Source: a virus
Reading direction: 5' to 3' (one strand)
Length of the DNA: 64,000 bases
IMG/VR virus record: IMGVR_UViG_3300028394_000053
Location: 31,863-95,862 of that record
A program made the translations under genes and the position numbers. The notes below the pieces were generated by a model. It ran no database searches, was not told the origin of the DNA, and was given only the letters and a program-made list of their open reading frames with translations. Numbering within the stretch: the first letter of the stretch is position 1; the number at the start of each line of letters is the position of its first letter. This document shows positions 10,475 to 18,177 of the stretch, piece after piece.

Positions 10475-10973
10475 AGCACAAGTACGAATATTGAAATCTC
10501 ATTATGGGCCAAGATGGCATCTATATAGGTACAATTCTAAGAACAACAACAAAAAATTACTTCTAGAAGAAAAATTTATAATAAACAATACATTGCCAGG
10601 ACCTGTGTTCGCTCATAAATGTCTAGGAGAAATTTATCAAGGCATACTAGACGTACATACCCAGTATTATGCACCAGTGCCCACAGTATTATTAATCAAT
10701 AATGTTGAATTCAAATATAAAACCATTGATGAGTTGATAACAATGATTGCAGATTATAAAAAATATCTTGTGCCCAATGGAAGAATAATAGTAACTTTTA
10801 GTCTTTCGTGTATAAAATACGATAGACTTAATATATCTGTGGATTCATTATGTGATTGGGCAATCAATTTGTTTAAAAAACAACAACTTGCTTGCCATAA
10901 ACATTACGTTAATATTAAAAATTCCACTCATGGAATAGGACAGATATTTTTAAGTTTGGATTATCATGTCTGA
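10467..10973 (+). CDS. hypothetical protein, possibly a degenerate methyltransferase-fold
   Basis: 168-aa ORF; KKYLVPNGRIIVTF resembles the L(K)PGG post-motif of class I methyltransferases (weak). Confidence 0.5.
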   Translation: MTKAQVRILKSHYGPRWHLYRYNSKNNNKKLLLEEKFIINNTLPGPVFAHKCLGEIYQGILDVHTQYYAPVPTVLLINNVEFKYKTIDELITMIADYKKYLVPNGRIIVTFSLSCIKYDRLNISVDSLCDWAINLFKKQQLACHKHYVNIKNSTHGIGQIFLSLDYHV

Positions 10974-11829
10974 TCTATATTGTATGTTTTGGATTCCAGG
11001 GAGTTGCGGCGATATTATTCAACAACTACTAGGAAAATCTGGTCAATTTGAAAATCAATACGATGGTGCAATTTTAGATACTGGTCGGGCATTGCAGAGC
11101 GTTGATCCACGATTAAAGAACTTATTTCCAAGCAATATTGTTACGTGGACCCCAAAGAATACTAACAGATGGTATGGCAGAACATGGAACGACTCTGACA
11201 TATTAAAATTAAAAGAGTTAGCAGCAGAAAGTAGTCAATCGTGGATTATCGGTACGCACAGACTTGATCAATTGTTTTTTTTAAAAAAATCCTTAGATAT
11301 AGTGTCTATTGGCATTACATATGATCTAGAATTATACCCAGCTGTGATTAAAAACTGGTGCAGAAAATCAGCTGTTGGATGTACTGTAACTCAGGAAATA
11401 TATAAAAATTCTAAAATAGCACAAAAATTTCAAGAAAAGAACTTGTTTGGAGAATTTATGCTTAAAGAAATTCTCAATCATATTACTGATAGACCAAAAA
11501 AAATTGACAATAATTTTGACATTAATATTTCATTAGGAGATATCTATAATAGAAATTTATCATCTATAGATAGGTGGGTTACAGACGCTGGACTAGATAT
11601 GTTTGACCGATGGTTATTGCTTCAAGATCCGCTGTATAGATTTAAGTATACCAATCATCAATCCTACATAGATATACTTGGCTACAACACACATGCAACA
11701 ACTGTACTAGATGCCCCTATCAAACTGTCGACATTAGACCAAATTTTGATATCTCATTATTGCAAGGATGCCCCGTCTACCATAAACACAAACATAGATT
11801 TTGTAAATTTTTTAAATGGCCAAGGATGA
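10966..11829 (+). CDS. hypothetical protein (AT-rich island)
   Basis: 287-aa ORF coupled to the previous gene; N-terminal FWIPGSCGD could be a P-loop/sulfotransferase-like start (weak). Confidence 0.55.
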   Translation: MSDLYCMFWIPGSCGDIIQQLLGKSGQFENQYDGAILDTGRALQSVDPRLKNLFPSNIVTWTPKNTNRWYGRTWNDSDILKLKELAAESSQSWIIGTHRLDQLFFLKKSLDIVSIGITYDLELYPAVIKNWCRKSAVGCTVTQEIYKNSKIAQKFQEKNLFGEFMLKEILNHITDRPKKIDNNFDINISLGDIYNRNLSSIDRWVTDAGLDMFDRWLLLQDPLYRFKYTNHQSYIDILGYNTHATTVLDAPIKLSTLDQILISHYCKDAPSTINTNIDFVNFLNGQG

Positions 11830-11845
11830 TGATAACTACTAGTCC

Positions 11846-12274
11846 ATGGTATGGCTTTACGAAAACAAAACAATCGAACAACTGCCCGAAGACTGTGTGG
11901 GGTTTGTATACCTGATCACAAACAACACCACCGGTAGGAAGTATATCGGTAAGAAACTAGCAAAATTTAGTAAGACAACGTACAGAGTAGTGAAATTAAA
12001 AAACGGCAACAAAAAACGTAAAAAAATCAGAAGCAAAATAGAATCAGACTGGCAGCTATACTATGGAAGCAACACCGAACTCAACCAAGACATTGAACGC
12101 TTAGGCGCAGACAACTTCACAAGAGAAATATTATTTTATTGCAACTCAAAAGCCGCTTGCAGTTATATCGAAGCTAGGGAACAATTTAATCATAGAGTAC
12201 TAGAGTCAGATGACTACTACAATGGACAGATAGTGTGTCGCATTCACGGTAGTCATATAAAAAACAAAATTTAA
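11846..12274 (+). CDS. GIY-YIG family nuclease (free-standing, single domain)
   Basis: GFVYLITNNTTGRKYIGKK, YYGS, FTREIL, conserved E (YIEAREQ) and YYN; long Lys/Arg-rich insert. Confidence 0.85.
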   Translation: MVWLYENKTIEQLPEDCVGFVYLITNNTTGRKYIGKKLAKFSKTTYRVVKLKNGNKKRKKIRSKIESDWQLYYGSNTELNQDIERLGADNFTREILFYCNSKAACSYIEAREQFNHRVLESDDYYNGQIVCRIHGSHIKNKI

Positions 12275-12293
12275 ACTAGACAGGCAACAAAAC

Positions 12294-12656
12294 TGACTGT
12301 GTTTGATCGAGGTAGCTCGATCCCCGTTGAGGGCTGGTGCAATACCCAGCTCAGATAGAATGGACTCAGGTTCACTCGGGTGTCAAAGGCAAATGCTAAC
12401 TTAAGGCAACAAATGGTTTGGGCTCCGTTGAAAAAGATACGACCCATGCTCGTAGGACTTGGATTTATTCTCGGGTCACTAGGGTTCCGTTGATATGTGA
12501 AGCGTGAGTAGGGGGTACCGGTCAACCGCCTCCGTGTGGAAACACAATCTTGCAAGAATAAATGACAGCTACACTCAGATAATGTACCAGTCATGTTCAC
12601 CGTTCATACGGTGAATTGTGACCGCGTGATCTAGATAATGCACTTAAAAACAGTCA
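12294..12656 (+). ncRNA. candidate large structured ncRNA downstream of the GIY-YIG gene
   Basis: Terminal helix TGACTGT 12294-12300 / ACAGTCA 12650-12656; long-range helix ATTTATTCT 12463-12471 / AGAATAAAT 12555-12563; hairpins 12305-12322, 12333-12350, 12511-12533, 12535-12546 (GAAA loop), 12590-12622; G-U pairs and the GNRA loop favour the + strand. Confidence 0.7.
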
Positions 12657-12666
12657 ATTAAAAAAA

Positions 12667-12709
12667 TGTTTCTGAGCTTTAGCGAAAGAAACAGATCTCT
12701 AAGAGATCT
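12667..12709. terminator. tandem hairpins at a convergent transcription junction
   Basis: TGTTTCT...AGAAACA (12667-12693) followed by AGATCTC-TAA-GAGATCT (12693-12709); an A-run upstream would serve as a U-tract on the - strand. Confidence 0.5.
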
Positions 12710-13044
12710 TACAAGTTGGTATCGGGCCAGTCGCGAAACAAGGCGTGCTGGATGTCTCCAGCAACAAACTGATTGAAGCTTTTGTGCTTGACTTCAAGAT
12801 CGCCTTCCAGTGGAGCCACACGTTTAAACGCACGATCCATTTGACCCATGTCTGTGAACTCCATGATAATCATCCATTCCGGCATATCTGCTATAGACCT
12901 AAACCCCATTTTACATCTAGTGATTCTGTACGTCTCCATCTTGCCTTCGGCAATCAAATGATCAAAGAAACTTTTCATTCCGTTTACCCAGTCTAGATCT
13001 GAAATGTCACCTTCTTTGTTTGCCCAAATTGTATATAAATCCAT
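12709..13044 (-). CDS. DUF6614-like dimeric alpha/beta-barrel protein
   Basis: MDLYTIW...YRITRCKMG...MEFTDMGQMDRAF...HALFRDWPD pattern recalled from DUF6614. Confidence 0.55.
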   Translation of the reverse strand: MDLYTIWANKEGDISDLDWVNGMKSFFDHLIAEGKMETYRITRCKMGFRSIADMPEWMIIMEFTDMGQMDRAFKRVAPLEGDLEVKHKSFNQFVAGDIQHALFRDWPDTNL

Positions 13045-13046
13045 AG

Positions 13047-13481
13047 TTACTCCATTGGTCCCAGTAGTTCAAAGCCGTCAAAGCCTTGTTTGTACAGGTG
13101 TGCTTGATCTAGATAGAGATAATGAAATCCTCGTTCTCGATAGATAGCACATTCTGTTTTTAAACTTTCTATGCCCAGTCGGGTCTTGGGATTGTGATAG
13201 GTCCAAGCAAACTGCGCACACAAAGCATTGTGGCTGTCGTAGCGTTTGATCATGCTCCACGCTACCAGCCGTCCTTGATCGCGATAACCGATAAGGTCAG
13301 TATCCGGATCAAGATACTGACTATCAAAAATTGGAATTACACTGCCAAAATGTTTGTAGATACAGTAGGTCCTGTAGATGTCGTTGAGAACGGCTATGTC
13401 GGGATCGGTGATATAGTACCAATCTACTGTGGGCGTGTAATGGGTTTTTTCCAAATTGATTCTGGCATGTTGATAAGTCAT
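13047..13481 (-). CDS. GNAT-fold protein resembling the C-terminal domain of aminoacyl-tRNA-protein transferases (ATE/Bpt)
   Basis: GRLVAWS, LGIESLKTEC, GFHYLYL and YKQGFDGFELL parallel the ATE_C pattern SLG...YLYLGY...YK..F.P.E.L. Confidence 0.5.
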   Translation of the reverse strand: MTYQHARINLEKTHYTPTVDWYYITDPDIAVLNDIYRTYCIYKHFGSVIPIFDSQYLDPDTDLIGYRDQGRLVAWSMIKRYDSHNALCAQFAWTYHNPKTRLGIESLKTECAIYRERGFHYLYLDQAHLYKQGFDGFELLGPME

Positions 13482-13981
13482 GGTCTGGGATCTTTTCTGT
13501 GTTGGAATAATTCTTTCAGGTATGCGTCTGGCCAGGTATTGTAAAATCCTTTGCGACCCATGGCGGCGGCCTTTTGATCTAGGTCCGGCAACGACTGTAC
13601 TAGAACTAGAGCATAAGTGCCTTGATTCATGACAACTCCGTTTACTGTTTCTGGCAAAGCAGGATGATCCAACAAGGCTATTAGATTGTAAGGAACCATG
13701 TAATGACGATTGGCCAAGTCAACTGCCTGCACAAACTTTTCAGGATCCACCGTGTTGGCATTGTACACATACACAAGCACTTGCCACGGATCAATACCTT
13801 GCCAACTAAGTGGAGCCAAGTCCCAATAGGCATCTTGCCCCAGTCTGACCTCGTAGGCATTGTCCAGTCTAGCACGTCTAGCATATGGGCACGGACTCCA
13901 GCCACCTAGGGCAGGATTTGGAACTTCTAAAAATTCTTCGATCCAGCAATTGATATCCGTTTTGACTTGTTCTATATCCAT
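13478..13981 (-). CDS. DUF1415-like protein
   Basis: W-I-E-E-F...PCPYARRA resembles the DUF1415 W...V...LCPFA motif. Confidence 0.45.
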   Translation of the reverse strand: MDIEQVKTDINCWIEEFLEVPNPALGGWSPCPYARRARLDNAYEVRLGQDAYWDLAPLSWQGIDPWQVLVYVYNANTVDPEKFVQAVDLANRHYMVPYNLIALLDHPALPETVNGVVMNQGTYALVLVQSLPDLDQKAAAMGRKGFYNTWPDAYLKELFQHRKDPRP

Positions 13982-13982
13982 G

Positions 13983-14213
13983 TTAAAAAAACGGGAGGCC
14001 CGACTTCTTGGTTGTTTCTAAATTTTCTTTGATAAGACCGTTTATTAACTTGCGTTCACCTACACTGAGTTGTAGCGCATGGTCGTAACTGATACCACCG
14101 CGCATGTACCAACTCATCCGCAACGCCTCTTGTCTAATTTCATTACACTCATGATCCATTTGGTCAACAATTTTGTTGATTTGTTCAGAGTCAGAAATTA
14201 GGAGGCGGGATCG
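13983..14213 (-). CDS. gp51-like baseplate/tail assembly chaperone C-terminal segment (likely reached by -1 frameshift; alternative ATG at 14159)
   Basis: RMSWYMRGGISYDHALQLSVGERKLI resembles gp51/tail-chaperone short proteins; overlaps the end of the gp26-like ORF in the -1 frame. Confidence 0.6.
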   Translation of the reverse strand, partial: RSRLLISDSEQINKIVDQMDHECNEIRQEALRMSWYMRGGISYDHALQLSVGERKLINGLIKENLETTKKSGLPFF

Positions 14214-15037
14214 AAAAAACTGGACATGTCTAAGGTTATTTGCTGTTCGTATTCGTGGGCACATTCATCACACGCTATATGTAACGGTTTCATTTCAGCT
14301 ATATTTTTTAATTCAATAATGTAGTCTCTTACCTGATTGAACAGGTTACGATCACAGTTGTTCAGCATTTCTTCAATGAATTCTGGCTCACTTACCATGG
14401 CAGTTGGAGTCCGTACCATGGCAACACTTTGGGCCAAGGCTTTTATAGTGATCTCGGTAATTTTTTTCAATGACGCCCCTAGTGCTGACATTTTATCTGC
14501 TTCTACCATTTCGGTATTTGGTAACAGTTGTAAAAGTTTTTGATTTTCGTATTGTAATTGGCTATTATTAGTCAGTTGCTGATAGTTCATTGGACGAAAG
14601 AAAATCTCCATATCTCCAGACTTGATACTTTTTGTATAATCCGGAGCCTTTAATCCATCCATGACTAACCGCAGATCGATTGCACGATCACTTTCGGCTT
14701 GGCATTTTGGACACTGTGTTACAAATTCCATTTCATGTCCGTAGCTGGCAATTCGTATGGCCACCAACACAGTATCCATATCCAGTGCTGGCATTTGCCA
14801 TGCATCTTTGATGTTTGGCACACAGCTTTGTATCACATTTATAGTGGCCTGCCCGTTGAACATGGCATCTGGAGTACGATAGGTAATTTCGTCAATGGCA
14901 GTCATTGGATACACAGGATAATCGCCTGTGGGTGTGGGAATCAGCGCACCAGTGGGATAAAATTGTCCATTGCTGGGCAACTTGATGTAAATTGCTGGCT
15001 GTCTAAAATATTGTCGGAGCGGGTTGTTTGGGTTCAT
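14198..15037 (-). CDS. gp26: baseplate hub assembly chaperone, gp26-like
   Basis: IKLPSNG, PMTAIDEI, DTVLVAIRIASYG, CPKC and CDEC Zn motifs, C-terminal SSFF. Confidence 0.75.
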   Translation of the reverse strand: MNPNNPLRQYFRQPAIYIKLPSNGQFYPTGALIPTPTGDYPVYPMTAIDEITYRTPDAMFNGQATINVIQSCVPNIKDAWQMPALDMDTVLVAIRIASYGHEMEFVTQCPKCQAESDRAIDLRLVMDGLKAPDYTKSIKSGDMEIFFRPMNYQQLTNNSQLQYENQKLLQLLPNTEMVEADKMSALGASLKKITEITIKALAQSVAMVRTPTAMVSEPEFIEEMLNNCDRNLFNQVRDYIIELKNIAEMKPLHIACDECAHEYEQQITLDMSSFFDPAS

Positions 15038-15047
15038 TTTTTTCCTC

Positions 15048-15063
15048 GGTAAATATAGTTATG
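15048..15063. promoter_or_regulatory. adjacent face-to-face late promoters (GGTAAATA on +, CATAACTA on -)
   Basis: GGTAAATA 15048-15055 precedes ATG 15061; the reverse complement of 15056-15063 is CATAACTA, which precedes a GAGG SD and ATG 15037. Confidence 0.55.
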
Positions 15064-18000
15064 GCCGATCAACTGAACCCCGAAGAATTTCAACGAGCAT
15101 CGAACGACATATTACGAAATATGCAGGATGGTCTTCCTATACGAAAAGAAGAGCTGGAACAACTTAAAAAACACGCCGAAACCAATCAAAAAATAAATGC
15201 CCAGCTGGGGCAGACCACCCAGAATCTAAAAGCATTCGGTCAATCGGCCCTGGACGGCAAGCTAGGGGTCACACAGTTTAATCAAGGAATTGACGCAGGG
15301 GTAGCGGGATTTTCTGCGTTATCAACTGCTCTAGGAACATTAAAATTATTTGCAGGGCCACTTGGCATAGCACTGAAAGTGCTTACTTTTGGTGTTGGGC
15401 TAACTGCCAAGGCCTTTAAAACGGTCAACGAACAGAGTGAGGCACTGTTCAAAACTTATCAAGATCTAAGCAAAACTGGACAAGCTGCCGCGGGTGGCAT
15501 GACCGAAGTTTTCAACAACATGCAGAAGTTTGGTTATGGTATAAAAGAACTAGATCAAATGACTGCTCTGCTCAAGGAAAATAGTGTGGCACTTGCGGCC
15601 TTTGGTGGCACCGCAGCCACTGGATCCAAGGCATTCGCTGATGCAGCCGGACAAATACAACGCAGTGACATAGGCAAGACCTTACAGATGATGGGTAAAA
15701 CTCCCGATGAGATCAATAAAGGAATAGCAGGCTTTATCAAACAACAGCAACTAGCCGGGGTATCATCTGCAACTATACAAAAAGATTTAGCACAACGCAG
15801 TGCCGAATATGTTAAACAATTAGATTTAATGAGCAAGCTCACAGGAGAAAGTAACGAAGCACTGCAAGCAAACAGAGAATCCGCGTTAGCTGAAAGTGCG
15901 TTTAACCAAACTATCTACGAATTACAGAAAAAAGGTGATACGGCATCTTTAGAAAGAGCTGCTGAGTTACAAAAAGCATCTGACTTGCTGGCAAAAACAC
16001 CTGCACTACAAAAAGAATTTTGGCAAGGTGTTGGCGGCGATATTAGTGCAATGGGCAAATCACTAATGATATCCGCGGATGCTGTACTATACACTCAAGA
16101 CGCAAATTTTAAAGCCGCTACATTTGTAGACAAGTTTGCAAAAGGCGCAGATTCTGCACGTGAAAGTTTAGGCTCACTATACAAATATAACTCACTTGAT
16201 AACGTTCTTGGTAGTGCCAAAGAATTAAGTATTGTTCAATCTCGTTACGCAACAACCACAGCACAAAATCAAGAAGACATGGCCAAGGCCCAGCAAGAGG
16301 CTCAGAAGACAGGGCTAGATCCTAACACTAAAGCCATGGTAAATGCTCGTATAGAGCAGATGAACACACGAGATGCTTTGCAAAGCCTGGTACAAAAAGG
16401 TGTAGAGCCGGCTACAGGTGCACTGGAAGGATTTAGTAAATTCCTTAACAAGATATCGGGAGTAGTGCCCGGTACAAATACTAAAGAGACAGACAACAAG
16501 ATTGGTGGTGGTGGTGACAAGAAAGCTCCGCCATCAGCTCCAGCAGGCGGTGCAGCCCCATCCAGCGGCGGTGCAGCTATAGTTAGTCCAGGAAAATCAG
16601 TTCAAATTGGTGATGAAGTCCGGACCGGTGGAGACCCTAACTGGCGCAACAATAATCCTGGAAATATACGCTACACACAGTTTGCAGTATCAATGGGAGC
16701 CATTGGGGAGAATGGAGGATTCGCAGTATTCCCTTCAGAAGCCATGGGTCGTACTGCACAAGACGCTCTGCTCAAAGGCGAAGCCTATGCCAAATTATCT
16801 GCAGCAGATGCCATTAGAAAATGGGCACCCAAAAACGAAAATGATTCAGAAAATTACATTAAAACTGTAGCCAAATTGGCAGATGTGAGCATGGACAAGA
16901 AGTACGTGGACATGTCCAAAGCAGAACAAGAACGATTCCTCGATGCCATGAAAAAAATGGAAGGCAGCAAGGTCGGCACAGTGACTAAGGCAGCAGGATC
17001 AGTTGCCACTACAGCCGCTGCACCCGTGGAAAAGAAAGAAACCAAGGCCCTAGTAGGGACCGGACCAGCACGAGAAGAATCCCCAAAGAAAACCACAGTG
17101 TCGGGCAATATGTCCATGGGCAAACCCAGCGGGCCCATTGAATATAACGGTCAAACAGTAAAACCTGAAGATGCTGGCTATGCCGAAGCAAGCAACGCAT
17201 TGGTTGCCTCTACGAAAAAATTTGATGAAGCCAAACAACGGTCTCGAGAAGCAAGAACCAATATGGCAGGATCTCGGGGCATTGGGGCCGCTCCTAAGTC
17301 ATCACCGCCACCGGCGCAAACATCATCTGCCCCTGCACAAACAACATCCGCACCAGCACAAACAACATCCACAAATGATCTATCTGGTGCCAAGCCAGAC
17401 TTATCAGCAAAACTAGGACCAAATGAACAAGGTGTTAAACCCGCAGTTTTGGCAAAAAAACAAAGTTTAGAAGCATCGTTGGGCAAAAAACTGGTTGTTA
17501 CCAGCGGATTTAGACCAGGCGCAAAAAATCACGGTAGCGGCGATGCCATTGATCTTGGGTTCAACGCTAATAGCTTTACAGAAGATGAAAAAAATAAAAT
17601 ATTGAAATCTGCTATCGACTTGGGCTTTACCGGAATAGGAGCCGAGTATAATGCGCCGGGCGGCCCGCACATACACCTAGATACTTCACACCCGTCGTTG
17701 GTTGGCTGGGGAAGCGATTATACTGCAGCCAGTTTAGAAAAGGATTCTCCATATGCAGCATCACTGATTAAGGCCAAACAACAAGGTGTGCCATTGCCGG
17801 CAAGTCCATCTGTGGCATCTGTTGCAAGGCCATTGCCGGACAAGATATCTGCAGAATACGGATTCAATGGCATGCTATCTGGACCAACCAGCGGATACAA
17901 ACCTGATATAACCATGCACGGCACAGAGAATTTAAAAATAACACCAACTGGTCCAGGAAAACTTGATGTGTTTGACGGACCCGATGCTGGTGCGCTGATG

Positions 18001-18159
18001 TCCAAACAACTGGATAAAATGGATCAACTGGTACAGGCATTTAACAATACCAGCACACAAGACATGATGATCATGCAGTTGACCAAGCTGGATGAACTGG
18101 TGCGAGTCATGCAAAATCAAGTTAATGTCAGCACAAAGATATTGCAACAGAGCAGATAA
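15061..18159 (+). CDS. tape-measure-like protein with lysozyme-like and peptidase M15-like domains
   Basis: Ala/Gln-rich helical N-half; RNNNPGNIR...GFAVFPS lysozyme-like motif; VTSGFR...H...AIDL...GIG...HIHLD M15 motif; true start MADQLN at 15061. Confidence 0.7.
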   Translation: MADQLNPEEFQRASNDILRNMQDGLPIRKEELEQLKKHAETNQKINAQLGQTTQNLKAFGQSALDGKLGVTQFNQGIDAGVAGFSALSTALGTLKLFAGPLGIALKVLTFGVGLTAKAFKTVNEQSEALFKTYQDLSKTGQAAAGGMTEVFNNMQKFGYGIKELDQMTALLKENSVALAAFGGTAATGSKAFADAAGQIQRSDIGKTLQMMGKTPDEINKGIAGFIKQQQLAGVSSATIQKDLAQRSAEYVKQLDLMSKLTGESNEALQANRESALAESAFNQTIYELQKKGDTASLERAAELQKASDLLAKTPALQKEFWQGVGGDISAMGKSLMISADAVLYTQDANFKAATFVDKFAKGADSARESLGSLYKYNSLDNVLGSAKELSIVQSRYATTTAQNQEDMAKAQQEAQKTGLDPNTKAMVNARIEQMNTRDALQSLVQKGVEPATGALEGFSKFLNKISGVVPGTNTKETDNKIGGGGDKKAPPSAPAGGAAPSSGGAAIVSPGKSVQIGDEVRTGGDPNWRNNNPGNIRYTQFAVSMGAIGENGGFAVFPSEAMGRTAQDALLKGEAYAKLSAADAIRKWAPKNENDSENYIKTVAKLADVSMDKKYVDMSKAEQERFLDAMKKMEGSKVGTVTKAAGSVATTAAAPVEKKETKALVGTGPAREESPKKTTVSGNMSMGKPSGPIEYNGQTVKPEDAGYAEASNALVASTKKFDEAKQRSREARTNMAGSRGIGAAPKSSPPPAQTSSAPAQTTSAPAQTTSTNDLSGAKPDLSAKLGPNEQGVKPAVLAKKQSLEASLGKKLVVTSGFRPGAKNHGSGDAIDLGFNANSFTEDEKNKILKSAIDLGFTGIGAEYNAPGGPHIHLDTSHPSLVGWGSDYTAASLEKDSPYAASLIKAKQQGVPLPASPSVASVARPLPDKISAEYGFNGMLSGPTSGYKPDITMHGTENLKITPTGPGKLDVFDGPDAGALMSKQLDKMDQLVQAFNNTSTQDMMIMQLTKLDELVRVMQNQVNVSTKILQQSR

Positions 18160-18177
18160 CGCCATAAATACTAGACT

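Noticed and set aside
12271-12600. 109-aa minus-strand ORF across the structured intergenic region
   Set aside because: No SD or promoter, no recognisable motifs, and it is antisense to a region better explained as structured RNA.
12275-12708. Group I/II intron, tmRNA or RNase P identity for the structured element
   Set aside because: No interrupted exon pair flanks it, and I could not find group I P7, group II domain V, tmRNA termini or RNase P P4 consensus. An Rfam search is still needed.
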